This document shows positions 40,151 through 52,148 of a stretch of DNA of 64,000 bases, piece after piece. Source of the stretch: Nageia nagi (lineage: Eukaryota > Plantae > Pinophyta); contig JBITNC010000002.1 in the NCBI GenBank assembly GCA_050084985.1, positions 10,788,001-10,852,000 on the forward strand. The letters are read 5' to 3'. Position 1 is the stretch's first letter, and every line of letters starts with the position of its first letter. The notes beneath the pieces are model-generated. The model made no database searches, was not told where the DNA came from, and saw only the letters and a program-made list of their open reading frames with translations. The translations under genes were made by a program, and so were the position numbers.

Positions 40151-40646
40151 ATGTAACACCCCTCGCCCATGTTTGTGCCCAAAAGAAAGGTCAAAAGGAT
40201 ATAGAACATGATTTTACAACAAGCCACAAAATAGACGTGCTCTACATGATATTAACATATGCAGATTTGGAGCCTTATCTAATTGACATCTTTGATTAAC
40301 AAGCATTCAATTATTGACACCAACTACACCAGAAGTTGATTAACAAAGTAGTTAGAAAGGACTTTTATTGGCAATGCATTCAAGTTATATAGATCTCTCC
40401 CACAGGCCTTCAATTGTATGATTACCTTCTGTGCTAAGCATTTCCAACAAAACTTTGATAGCATCATCAGTCAGCTCAACTATATCCAATGGCTTAGGAG
40501 CCATGGACTCAAGATTCCTCTCGTACGATGAAAGGTTGTTCACCCAAGCTACATGTTGAAGCTGAACCTTATTCCTAAATGCGACTGGTTATGTCACTTA
40601 CTACTTCTTCAACTATAATGTACAGAGCCGTCTAAATCGCACCACA

Positions 40647-40770
40647 GGAAGAGATGCTTTGTAAATATCATCATTTGCATGGGTCTGCAGACTATCATGC
40701 TCATTATAGGAAGACATGCTTTGTAAATATCATCATTTGCATGGGTCTGCAGACTATCATGCTCATTATA
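40647..40770. repeat. 62-bp tandem duplication (2 copies)
   Basis: GGAAGA(G/C)ATGCTTTGTAAATATCATCATTTGCATGGGTCTGCAGACTATCATGCTCATTATA twice, one mismatch. Confidence 0.92.
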
Positions 40771-40774
40771 TCCT

Positions 40775-41120
40775 TCTAGTCCTCTTTCTACAATGAGGAA
40801 TGCCATCAAATAAATACCCATTGGATGGCATAGCCAACACTGCAGACATGTTGCTTTATAAACCATGCATTCCTACATAGCCCTTCTTCCCCCCCACCAA
40901 AATTTAGGCAATCTAGAACCCTTTTACAAGATGGTTTCACTACATCCCTGTACTCAAAGTTACAATAGTCAAAACCAGTACGCATTACCAATTTCTCGTC
41001 AGTATTTTGGCTCTAGAGGAACCTCGGATTTTAGTCAATTTTTGCACCCTTTCAGGATTGATAAGCCCAACAATCTTCAACAAGGACACACTCCCATAAA
41101 CATCATTCGATCTTGCATTG
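40775..41120 (-). mobile_element. Mutator-like (MULE) transposase remnant
   Basis: YKATCLQCWLCHPMGIYLMAFLIVER aligns by eye to the MULE motif YKG.LL.A.G.D.N..IYP.AFA.VE. Confidence 0.5.
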
Positions 41121-42005
41121 GTTGCTTTACATTGATTGATTATAATGATAATCCTTCATTTTAATCCAGTCAAGGCCTCCATGAATTTTCCACCTTTTGC
41201 TTTTTGGCAACATTGTCATGCTTGGTCCCATAACATTTTTGCATTATACCTTTATTTTACAATTGTAATCTACATTTTCACCATATTGTTTTATCTGTAC
41301 TATGGATGTGCCATATGATATATTTTTGGAATTTTCAAATTTTACATAATTTTGGAGCTTTCTTTTCCACTCCTTTGCACTATTGTGGCAGAATGTATTT
41401 TCAGTCACATTGACCTACTTTTTCACTTGCTGATAAAACAAATTATATTTTTCAATTGTTCTTAGAATCCTACCTAAGAAAGTTTCCAGATCTTTTCACA
41501 TTGATAGAAAGAGATTATCTTTTAATAACGTGCCTATCAAACAAGGATGAAAGGAAGCTTCGTATGCAAACTCAAGCAAAAGTAAATCACCTTGAAATAG
41601 AGTAATGCATCTGAGCCAAGCATGATCCAATAAGCAGATTAGATATTAATATCTATGTCAGAGCAAATTGAGTAAAAGAGACAGATGGCCTAAGCAGTTC
41701 AAAATCATTTAAGAAAAAACTAAATTGCTTGGCCTTTAAAAATAAAATAAAATGAAATATCACCATTGGCAACAAAAATAGAAGCTGGTAATAAGGAATA
41801 GACATGTGCCTGTCACAAATACAATGATACAGGAACTAAAATTACCATTAGATCCTAGCTTTGCAAAATTCAGGTAAGGAATCTGTAAAGATCAGTCCTT
41901 GACTGATGAAAGTAAAATGTCAAATGCTATAAATGAAAGTCATCAGTAACACAAATTCACAGTCATAATATTACACCATTAGAGGGAAGTGGAACAGTTA
42001 CACAC

Positions 42006-42273
42006 CTGTACGTTTCAGGATCTTCCTTCAATGCAGTTATGTATGCTCTGAAGATTGCATCACGATCCTCATCACTTGGATACCCATCCATAAGTTGGTC
42101 ATATACAGTGACAAAACCAAGAGCAAATACTGGATCATATTGGTATGTCGTCCTGAAACGCATTAAATGTTGTTGTACTAACAGCTCTTGTATAATGTTG
42201 TTGTATACGTTTGGAATAGGCTGTTTGTATGCTTTTAGAAATGCTTTCTTTGTGTCTGCAACAGTAGGTATAT
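42006..42273 (-). CDS. THF1: THF1 exon 2
   Basis: PTVADTKKAFLKAYKQPIPNVYNNIIQELLVQQHLMR...YDPVFALGFVTVYDQLMDGYPSDEDRDAIF; AG/GT sites. Confidence 0.95.
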
Positions 42274-44012
42274 CTGCAAACTCAAAAAGAATCAAGGCAG
42301 CAAAAATTAGCAACTAGAAACCAGGCATAGCATTGAGATATTTTTTGAAAAATGGTTTGTTTTGCACATTGTCTTACAAATGTAATTTCAAAAACATACA
42401 AAATATGCACAAAGTTGCCATATTGCCATATGAATCATGTTTTGCTAGAGGATTCTCCTATGATATTTCTATTCATTATCATATAAATCCTAGCCAACAG
42501 TATCATAATTAACGTTTATATTTTCTTTAACCTTTCCATTTTGTATCTTACTCTCAACAGAGAGAAAGAATTCGATCAGTATCTTCATACAAAGGGGGAT
42601 ATTTTCATTCTTCCCTCTAAGCTAAGGGAGGGAGTGTGCAATTTTCTTAATAGGGATTGGTGAAAGCCAAAAAATGACTTGGTAGGTGGTCCTACATGTT
42701 TTCATCAACATTGTAGCTGTCACCAGTTTGTTTTATGCATTTAGAGGGAGGGGGCAGATTGAAAACATCATCACCATACTGAAACAAAAAAATATGCGAC
42801 TGCTAGAGGAAAAGAGAAGATTTGGGCCAACTTTCCTTTTGCAATAGTTGCTGGTGTGCTGAGGGTTTGTTACTGAACTAAGGAGGAACCCTGTACAGAC
42901 TCCATGAAAGCCTGATAAAAGGAGCTCCATTACAACAAGGGGTTCTTCCAATCTCTGAATTAAATAGGTGGTCATTAAAAAATGTCTCAATGGATTCACC
43001 AAGAGATCCCAGAAAATCCTTGTTTTTCCTTTCCATTTGGTTTTTCAGATTTAGATCAATAAATGTTATGCTAAATTTTGTACTTATTTTGATCGAAATG
43101 GCCACGAGTAGAGCAATTTGGTAGGGTACTATGAGCTTACAATGCATCCCCTTATATTGTCATCAAAAATCAAAGAATCATGCTGGCACTGATTTAATCA
43201 ATATTTCCTGTCTGTCGTTGTTGCCTTCAACTAAAGATTCTACATTCCCAGTTAGCTAAACAACCCTTACTTTCAAAAATTTCAAAGAGAAGTGACGCTG
43301 TCCCAAATATTTTCTACATATTTGCTCCAAGACATATTGTTTGCTAAGTCAATTCAAAGCTCTAATTAATGACATACATGTTTTTGTGGGAGTGAAAAGG
43401 TTAAAATTCTATTAATGAAATAAAAATTACTTTGAGATATCTCAGTTCCTGCCTTTCTTGGCCAGTTCCAAGATACAAATCAGCTTACTTTTTTTTAGCA
43501 TTTGACTTCTAAAATTCCAGACAATTATTCAAGGTCTTCTCCCGATGTTTCTTCCATCATTCTCGCCGTGGTCTTCTGAATTTTCTGTAACCTCTAGGTT
43601 GCCTTAGGTGGCTTCGAGTCGCTTCCCTGTGTATATTGGGGGGAATCATCTTTAATCTTATCTATCTCATTCTCTGTAGACACTGATTTCTTCTGTTTCC
43701 AAGGTGTTAACATACAATATTATCTGGAAATTTCACTTTATGTAAGGTCCATAAGCATATAGGATAACATAGGGCCATAGTATGTAGTCATAAATCTTCT
43801 AATTAAAAGAGTATTCCAAAGCCTCGTTTCACAATCACTTGTGAACTATGAAGTATAATAGTCCTTTTTGCAAGTGATATGATATTTTTCGTACTCTCTA
43901 TCTTCTTTTTGTGTTTATGGATATTTGAGATAAATCCTTATGAATTCTTTGGATACAGCTTAGATGAATTTAAAGATATGATCATATCACCAACAAATTG
44001 TGTGGTCCAAAA

Positions 44013-47000
44013 CATAGTTAGAAAAATTGGTGATTAATCGCCAAAATCGGATCAGAATCTTGATTGCCAAGGTAAGCAATTTTTCTAGAACCAATTTTGA
44101 TTTAATTTTTTTACTGATCTAGCAATTTTTTGACAAAAATCACAATTTGGATTCTTCAAAAAATCATGACTAAATTGGTGATTCCTGATGGAAAAATTGT
44201 CGATTTTTGACAGGCTATGACTGAGAGGCTAAAAACAACAAAACGCACTTATTTTTCACTTTTTTTCCAACCACAAGCTGAGAGGAGCTAAGAGAAACAA
44301 CATTTTCCACGATTTCATGAAGATTCCAACACATCCAAGTAAGTTTCTAAAGCTTTTACCAATGGTTTTTGAGTTTTGTTGGATATTTCTCTCCAAGTTT
44401 TTCAGCTGCTTTTTTTCTAGTTTGCCCATGAGTTTTAGTGGGTAACTTTGTTATTTTTTTCCAGTAACTATCATTGCTTGCCCCTTTTGAGTTGTGACAT
44501 TATGTTGTTTGTTTTTGTTCTGTTTTTCTTTTTATTTTTTACAGTTGCAACCTGCATGTATGCGTTCTTCACAAGGACAAGGACAAGTGCAAAGGAGGGA
44601 CCCTTGTTAGGCTTATATGACAACTGAAGTAAAAGGCATCAACACTTGCAATTTTTGTAATGAAATTATTACTAGAGGTTAATTCAGGATGAAGTTTCAT
44701 TTAGCAAGAATTTCTAGGGAAAATGTTAGACTTTGCCCCTTGTGGATGTTGATGTCCAGAGGCAAATGAATACCTACTTGGAGACTCAAGTACAAAAAAG
44801 GAAGACAAAGAAGAGAACAAAAGCACAAATGGCCAAACCTCCATCTTATCCACCTCCACTCCCAGGGTTTCTCTTATCCACCTCCACTCCTAGGGTTTCC
44901 TTCTTCTGCAACTATACATGAAGAAGGCAGTGCCAATGCAAAACAAACCAATAGGATTAGACATCCAACACCACCTAACATTTCAATTTCCCCAAGCGCT
45001 AGTAGTGTACTGAAGTGTGATTTTTTTTGCATCTTATGGTGGCCAAACCACACTTGATGTAGCATGGTATAAGGATAAGTTTAAAAAAGCCAAAACGACA
45101 ATGAGAAATTTTTGGTATTGCTCTAATATTTCATTCTATGTGGCAAACTCGTCATATTCGGATTACATGGTTGTAGCAATTGCAGCTTGTAGTCCTAGGT
45201 TTAAAGTACCAAATTATCAGGATTTGAGAGGACCTATGCTAGATTAGGTTGTTACATACATTAGGAGGGTCATTGAGGAGTAGAGAAAGATTTGGAGACA
45301 AAAGGGCTGCAACATTCTCAATGATGGTTGGAATGATAGGAGTGAAAAAGATTTGTTGAACTTTTTGGTTTCTTCTTCAGGAGGTCTATTCTTCTTGAAG
45401 TCAATGGATGCATCAGGAAATAAAAAAATGGTGATTATTTATTTGGCTAACTGCAAGAGGTCATTTTGAGTATGTGGGGGTTGAGAACGTTGTTCAGGTA
45501 AATAATAAATTTTCCATCAATTGCATTTTGGTTTATTTTGTGCAGGTTATCATTTTTTTATTAAATTTTTTAATAATTAATTCATCTTCATTTAAATTAA
45601 AAACTCAGAATTATGCCAACATATCAGATCAGAAATTAAATTGAGCAATTAGGGCATCCAATCTCATCAAAACAATCAATTATGAGCATCAACATTCACA
45701 ATAACCATCCACATATGCAATGAACTCATGAAACAAAAGAAGTATTGCCTCTAGGGCATCCACATCCAACTGAGAAGATGAAATATAAACCAAAAAACAA
45801 GTTCATGTCTGTTACATAACAGAAACAAATCCAAGGTCTGTTACATAATAGAAAACAAGTCCAATATTGCACTTACAAGGGCTGTAGTAGTGCTACGATC
45901 CTCCAAAGAAGCAAATAAGATAATGAAACTGATCAATAGCTATTAGCACCTGCTAGAAAGCCAACAAATTGTTTCCAAGGCCTCTAGGCTGTCAAAAGGA
46001 CCACCAACAAGTCTATGGAGGTCCAACAAATCACCACCAAGCCACCAAATGATGCTAGAATGTGTATCTAAGCTGGACAAACTCTTAAACTGAGTTATAA
46101 GCCTCCCAAACATGTAACGAATCCCTTGGGAGTGAGTATGGAGCACTCAAGCATGCAACGAACCTCCTTGTGATGGAAATATGTAACACCCTCTTTTGTA
46201 AAAGATAATTAATTGTGGGATCCAACGGAGTCCTTGTAAATATTTATTTATTTATTTATGCATTTGTTGTTAGTACTTGGGATAGAAATAATAATGGTCC
46301 ATTGAACCCCACTATGAGCCCCAAGTGGGACGTCTTCCTGCCAAGCGTAGGCTAGCATAATTTAATGTTGTTTTATGTACTTGGAGATCCTGAACATTGA
46401 TTGTGGGAATCCCAAGACCTTGTATGCACATGAAAATAGGATCTAGGCATATGTATGACTCCTAGAAACCCAACACATGACATGGGAAGACTTCTAGGAC
46501 CCCAACATTGGACTTGGAGGCATCCCATCACCCTTGGAGGCTCGCGACACCTTAGGGAGACTCTACACGCCACACATGAAGATTTATGACATGTTTGAGG
46601 CATGTGAGGGCCCCTAGGAGGCTAACATTGGATAGGGGAGGCATGGATGATTCCGATGTGATAATCTAGATCCAAGCTTGAGCTATATTAGGTGGTGGAG
46701 CACCATAGCATGGATATACTGATATTGATATTATTTCTCCTACCGTCCAATGAACACAAGTCTTGGCGCAACGTCAAGCAATCTTCCCCTAGGTGCAACA
46801 TCTAGGAGGGTTAGCAGGCTGAGGGATCTTGCTAATCTACGGCTACGGTGTAGCATCTTAGTCCAGCTGGTGGTATTCCAAGGTTGCAGTCCTACCATTC
46901 AATTGGTTTCCAGGGTTTGGAGAGAGCTCCTTTGGTGGAGAGGGTTCATATCTTGGGGAGTGTAGTTGTCCCATCCATTGTTCCAACAGTGATCATATTT

Positions 47001-48556
47001 GCATATTCATATGCCCCATTTGACTCCTTGGAGGCCAACGTTGAACCATTTGGGCCAGTTCGGTATTGTACTCATCATTATCTTGGTAATTGAAGTTGTG
47101 GCATACTTGGATCTCATTCTTGTCTCATCATTGTGTGTGTTTGGTGCAATATTGTCTCATTGTGCATGACGTTGGGAATTTGAGTGTTATTCATGCTTGT
47201 ATATTGAAACATTGACATTCTTAGCTTGTATTTGCATGTTTTTGATGCCATAGTTCAAATGTGGGTGTAAGTTTGTTATTATTTGATAATTAATTGGTCA
47301 ATTTGCACTTGAGATTATTTTTGGGATCTTTCAAATTAGGGCCTCCAAGAATGCAACATTCCTCTCCAATTAGCCTTCAAATGATCAACAATGGTGAAGC
47401 AAGCCAAGTCCCTCTCCTAGGGTTGATGTGAAGTGAATAGCCATGGAAAAACCCTAGGGTTTTCATCTTAGAGTCCTCTTGGACAATGAGGGTTTTCATC
47501 CTCAATGCCCTAACTCAAGTGGGTTTTCGTCCACAAGAGGGTTTTGGGGTAAACCCAAAGGGAAGCGCAATAATCAATCCAAGCATAATTACCAATGAGC
47601 TCCCATCTCCCTTTTATACGTGAGCATGAGATTACAAATTACACTTTGAATGGTTGGCCGACCTAGCCTAGACTTCAAATAATAAATCACTCCTAATTAC
47701 AAAATATTCTCAATTAAATAATTACTCCAAAATAAACTAAATTAACACCACACGTTCCTAGAAGTGGGGTGTCACACCCCAAGGAGGCCAACTCTGAGAA
47801 GTTTCTAGATTTTTGCACGCATGCATGATATTGTTCCTAGGGCAATTTTCAAGAAGCCATATCTCCTCCGTTTCTTGCCTAAAATAGGTCGTATAACATG
47901 TCAAAACGATTGGCTTGAGATACTCTATCCAATTCTGGAGGTGAAATGGCAATCCTTGGCTTGTGGAAGATGAAATTCCCAGAAAACCACAAATAAGAGA
48001 AACTCCCAAAAATGGGGTCATTATAGAGGATGTTGAAAGGTTTGAAGAAGAAGCTATTGTTATGACAGAGGAAGAGGAAAGGGCTAGAGCATCAAGATTA
48101 GAATCAAAACTACAAGTAGATGATCTATCATATTTCCAAGAAGTAGAAGAAGAACCAGTGTTAGAGTAACAAAAGAGAGACAAAGAAAAGGAAACAAAGA
48201 CAATATGGAAATTAGAATCTAGATAAATGTTTTGGTTCAGATTTTGTTTTGTCAACTTGGAAATCGTTGATGTATTTTGGTCCTTGGACATTCAATATGT
48301 AATACAAAATTGAAAATTCTACAATTTCCAATGTTACATTATGTTTTCACTTGTGTAATGTGTTATTTGATATAGAATGTTGTTTTGATATGCAATGTTG
48401 AGAGATAGCTAAAAATAATTTGTTTCAATATCAAATTGAGAAAATTCCTTGGTTTTTCTTATTTATCGATTTTTTCGTCAATTTCAATCTGATTCTCAAT
48501 TAATCCTAATCCTCCAGCCAAATAATTCCAATCCTATTCTGATTCTGACAACTTTG
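44013..48556 (+). mobile_element. hAT transposon, internally disrupted, in THF1 intron 1
   Basis: Perfect 8-bp TSD GTCCAAAA (44005-44012, 48557-48564); ends CATAGTT / AACTTTG; BED-finger remnant (CNFCNE...RMKFHLA..CP); DUF659-like VPNYQDLRGPML...GCNILNDGWND...LNFLVSS..GLFFLKSMDASG...ENVVQ; acidic C-tail. Confidence 0.92.
46182..47333 (+). mobile_element. Gypsy solo LTR (~1.15 kb) nested in other LTR-like sequence inside the hAT
   Basis: TGTAAC...TTTCA; colinear with the reverse complement of LTR 50052-51237; flanks AAATA/AATTA (4/5 TSD). Confidence 0.82.
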
Positions 48557-48635
48557 GTCCAAAATATTACAAACATTCAACTCTGTTGTTGAATGTCAGT
48601 TCACATTTCAGAAAAAGTACTTGAACAAACGACTG

Positions 48636-48750
48636 ATAGCTCAGTGACAAAATGCCATAATCAGGAGATCCTGGATTCAAGCCTAGCTGATCCATGGATC
48701 CCATGTTCAAGTGAGTTCTGATCCAGACTGGTCCATGGGTTCTATAAGTT
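48636..48750 (+). mobile_element. Possible tRNA-derived SINE remnant
   Basis: A-box-like TAGCTCAGTGAC and B-box-like GGATTCAAGCC at tRNA-like spacing; no complete cloverleaf. Confidence 0.4.
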
Positions 48751-49038
48751 TTAAAACTTATAATACTCTAAAACTAAAGACTAAGGATCTAATATAATCT
48801 GAATATCACAAACTGAAGACTAAAGATATACAATAATGTACTTGCTCGAAACAATCAGGAAACTTGTGAGGAGAACATAACATAATTTTGGAGAATTTGG
48901 TAAAAGAAAATAGCTTTGGCTTACCCAAAGGCAAGTTAAAAATTAAAAAAAAAACTCCTTGAATTAGTAAAACCCCATTTTGAAATAAAAATATTTCCAA
49001 ACCACTTAATATCCTCAAACCCAAGTTTTGGAAAATAC

Positions 49039-49267
49039 CAGTTGTAATCGAAAAACAACGCCGCATTGCAGCGGGTGAATAGGAGCCATGCGACCGCGAA
49101 ACTCCCACAACTGGCATCTGATCCGTTCGAAGGGCATGAATGCCTATACTGCTATTAATACCATTATTAGAATTCGAAATAGGATTGGATAACAATGGCC
49201 GAGATGGACTCCTTTCTGCTAATTTAGCGAACCCAGTTAGAGACATCGAAGCCAGGGTTGTCGCCAT
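49039..49267 (-). CDS. THF1: THF1 exon 1 (chloroplast transit peptide)
   Basis: MATTLASMSLTG... Ser/Arg-rich, ends RRCFSITT; donor G|GTATT in phase 1 fits exon 2; total CDS 912 nt = 303 aa plus stop. Confidence 0.82.
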
Positions 49268-49410
49268 TTCCAACTTCTGCTAAAAGTGGTAAGACTGAGA
49301 TTTAAAATTTTGTGAGATGGATCAAAGTTTAGACATCTTGTTCTGGTTCTGAGCGTGGAATGGAGAAAAGGGAAAAATGTGGGCTTGTTCGAAAATTTGC
49401 TTGGAGGGGC

Positions 49411-49470
49411 GAGGATAGCCACGTAGGCTTATCCGATATGCTACTATTCCCGGCATTGACCGACACGTGT
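49411..49470 (-). promoter_or_regulatory. THF1 proximal promoter: I-box and G-box elements
   Basis: CCACGTAG (49419-49426), GGATAAG on minus strand (49428-49434), CACGTG (49464-49469), 150-200 bp upstream of the ATG. Confidence 0.55.
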
Positions 49471-49500
49471 ACGCTGGTATCCTGGGATTCACCCCGACCC

Positions 49501-49676
49501 TGTTGTCGTTGTCCAAATCAGCGTGAACTTGTCTTCCACGTCATCGTTGTTATTCACATCAGCGTTAACTTGTCGTCCACGTCATCGTTGTTGTCCACAT
49601 CAGCGTGAACTTGTCGTCCACGTCATCGTTGTTGTTCACATCAGCACCAACCTGCTTAATCGTCCACGTCATCGTA
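49501..49676. repeat. 41-bp minisatellite (~4 units) with CCACGTCA in each unit
   Basis: CCACGTCA at 49536, 49577, 49618 and 49664. Confidence 0.9.
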
Positions 49677-50051
49677 TCCATTCGATAGTGTGCTTTCTAA
49701 ATATTTTCCATTTTAATTTTAAGCTTGTCGGAAGTGGATATTATTTGTTTGTCTTGTGTACGGACACTCAAATATAACCCTCCTTATATTCGTCTACCTT
49801 AATTAACTAATATATTCCATCATTTAATTTTCAATATAAACCTTTACCTTTACAACAAATTTATAATTTACTTTTATCTTTATAATAAGGTTATAATTTA
49901 TTTTTTAGAGCACAATTATTCTTTACTTATATTGAAAACATAATCTTAAAACTTGTTTTAGATAGATCAATTTTTTTATCAAGTCTACCACTAGGCAAGG
50001 CTTACTTGTAAATATCATACTCTCATCAACATCATTTTAACATCATCAATA

Positions 50052-51237
50052 TGAAATATTCTAAATAATTATCTAAGTAGAAATTAGGCAAATAATCATA
50101 AATAAATGCCATATAAATATATAACAATCTAGTGTTCATACTACAACACCAATGTCATACATAGGGCACACAATTCCCATTCATTCACACTCACAAACAC
50201 GATGACATGCTCCATAAGGAAAGATAAATGCAAATAAATGTCAAAATGAGATATGTATGTGGAGATCCAATGTTCCAATGATTGAATTAAACAACAAAAA
50301 ATAAATACAAGCCTCAAATTTGCCCAAAGGGATCAACATTGGCCTTTAAGGAGACAACTACGGCACACGCACATGCAAATATGATCAATGATGGACAATG
50401 TTGTTGTTAGAACTCAATTCTTAGATTTGTAATCCTACAATAATGATTGGAACAATCACACTCCCTCAAGCTTGGATGCTTTGCTACAAAACACCCACAC
50501 CTGGAAACCATTAAAGGTAGTAGTGCAACCTCAGAATACCACTAGCTCAATTAAGATGCTACACCTTAGTTGTAGATTAGTAAGATACCTCAACCTACTA
50601 ACCCTCCTCTATGTTGCACCTAGGGCAAGATTTCTTGACACTACGCCAAGGCTTTAGTAACTTTTAAAAAGAAGAAGAGATAATACAAACTAACATATCC
50701 ATTAAATGATGCTCTAATGCCTTATATAGCTCAACTCTGGATCTATATCTCACCTCAAAGTCATCAATACCTCCCTAATCCAACGTTAGCCTCCTAAAGG
50801 TCCTTAAATGCCTCAACCATGTTATAAATTCTCTTGTATGGGATTTAGAGTCTCCCCAATTTGTGACATTAAGTTCCAAGTATGCTACAATATCCCCCAA
50901 GATTAATGTTTGGGTCCTATAAGTCTTCTCATACCATGTGTTGGGTTTTTAAGAGTCATATATGTGCTTAGATCTAATTTTCACATCCATATAAGGTGTT
51001 GTGATTCCCACAATCATTCTTGGGATCTACGAGTGCATAAAATAACATTAAAATATTCTAACTTATGCTTGGGAGGAAAACATCCCTCTTGGAACTCACA
51101 ATGGGGTCTATTGGAGCATTATAATTTCTATCCCAAGTAACTAAAATGCATAAAAATAAATAATAAAAATTATTTTACAAGTAAAAGAACCTTTAGGTTC
51201 CAGAAAAAATTAATTGTGCTTAAAAAGGAATGTTACA
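50052..51237 (-). repeat. 3' LTR of Gypsy element (1186 bp)
   Basis: TGAAATATTCTAAATAATT is shared with 63794; ends TGTTACA next to the PPT. Confidence 0.85.
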
Positions 51238-52148
51238 AAGCCTCCCCTCTCAAATTGTTTGCCCTAAAGTAATTCTAAAATACAAAAGATCCTTGTCTTC
51301 CAAACATCCTTTGGTTCAAAAGCATACATCAGTTAGAACCTTTTCAAGTGGAATGCAATTATGCAACTTCAATATGCTCCAAAAATGAAGAAATCACATC
51401 AATCATCAAGTCAATTATCCATGCATCACAAACTAAAGTGCAAATAGTCAACATGTTATGAGTGTTTTCAACCCTTTCTTTGTGTTTCAAGATGTATAAC
51501 AAATCTAAAAATGCAACAGCTTTTTTCATCTCCAATTTAGTCCATATAGAGCACAAACATGAGTAGGAAGGTAGCTCAACAACTCTCTTATCAGTGAGTA
51601 ACTTAACCCCACATAGTGTAACCATTTTAGACAACAAAATATGCTCTGTGATGGCACTATTTCTTGCCTAAAATGGTAAAAAATTTACAATGATAGAACT
51701 ATTCTTAAAATTAGCAAATGTGTACCTCTATTTTTTGGCGATATGGTTGTAAATAAAAGTGTTAAGAGGGGTTGTGATGCCTCTTTCGAAGGCAAACCCT
51801 AAAACACTCTCAAGCCTTCCAAAAGTAGATATATAATCCTACAAAATCATAAACCAAAGCAAGAGTGAGTTGAAACAAGTGAGCCTTTTACTCCATGTTA
51901 AGTGCCAATGATCCAAGTAGTTCAAAAAACCATGCTTCTACTACCTTTCATCTTGTGCTATCTTTTTATTCTTCTTTACTAACATCATCCTTTCCATTAT
52001 CTTTCATAATTACCTCCAATCTACTATTATATGCTCGAGGAAAAATGTCTTTCATGCCATGCAATGTGTATTCCTTCCTATAAACCCCAAAACTCATGGT
52101 CAAATTCTTATATTTGATGTGAATGTCACCCAACTTGAACAACCATTA

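Noticed and set aside
48636-48720. tRNA gene
   Set aside because: A/B-box-like motifs only; no acceptor stem or anticodon arm could be folded. Kept as a low-confidence SINE.
48806-49038. Hydrophobic C-terminal extension of the 155-aa ORF
   Set aside because: Read-through into THF1 intron 1 past a good GT donor; the spliced model gives a normal-length THF1.
49501-49676. Regularly spaced repeats resembling a CRISPR array
   Set aside because: Whole 41-bp units repeat with no unique spacers; eukaryotic context; no cas genes.
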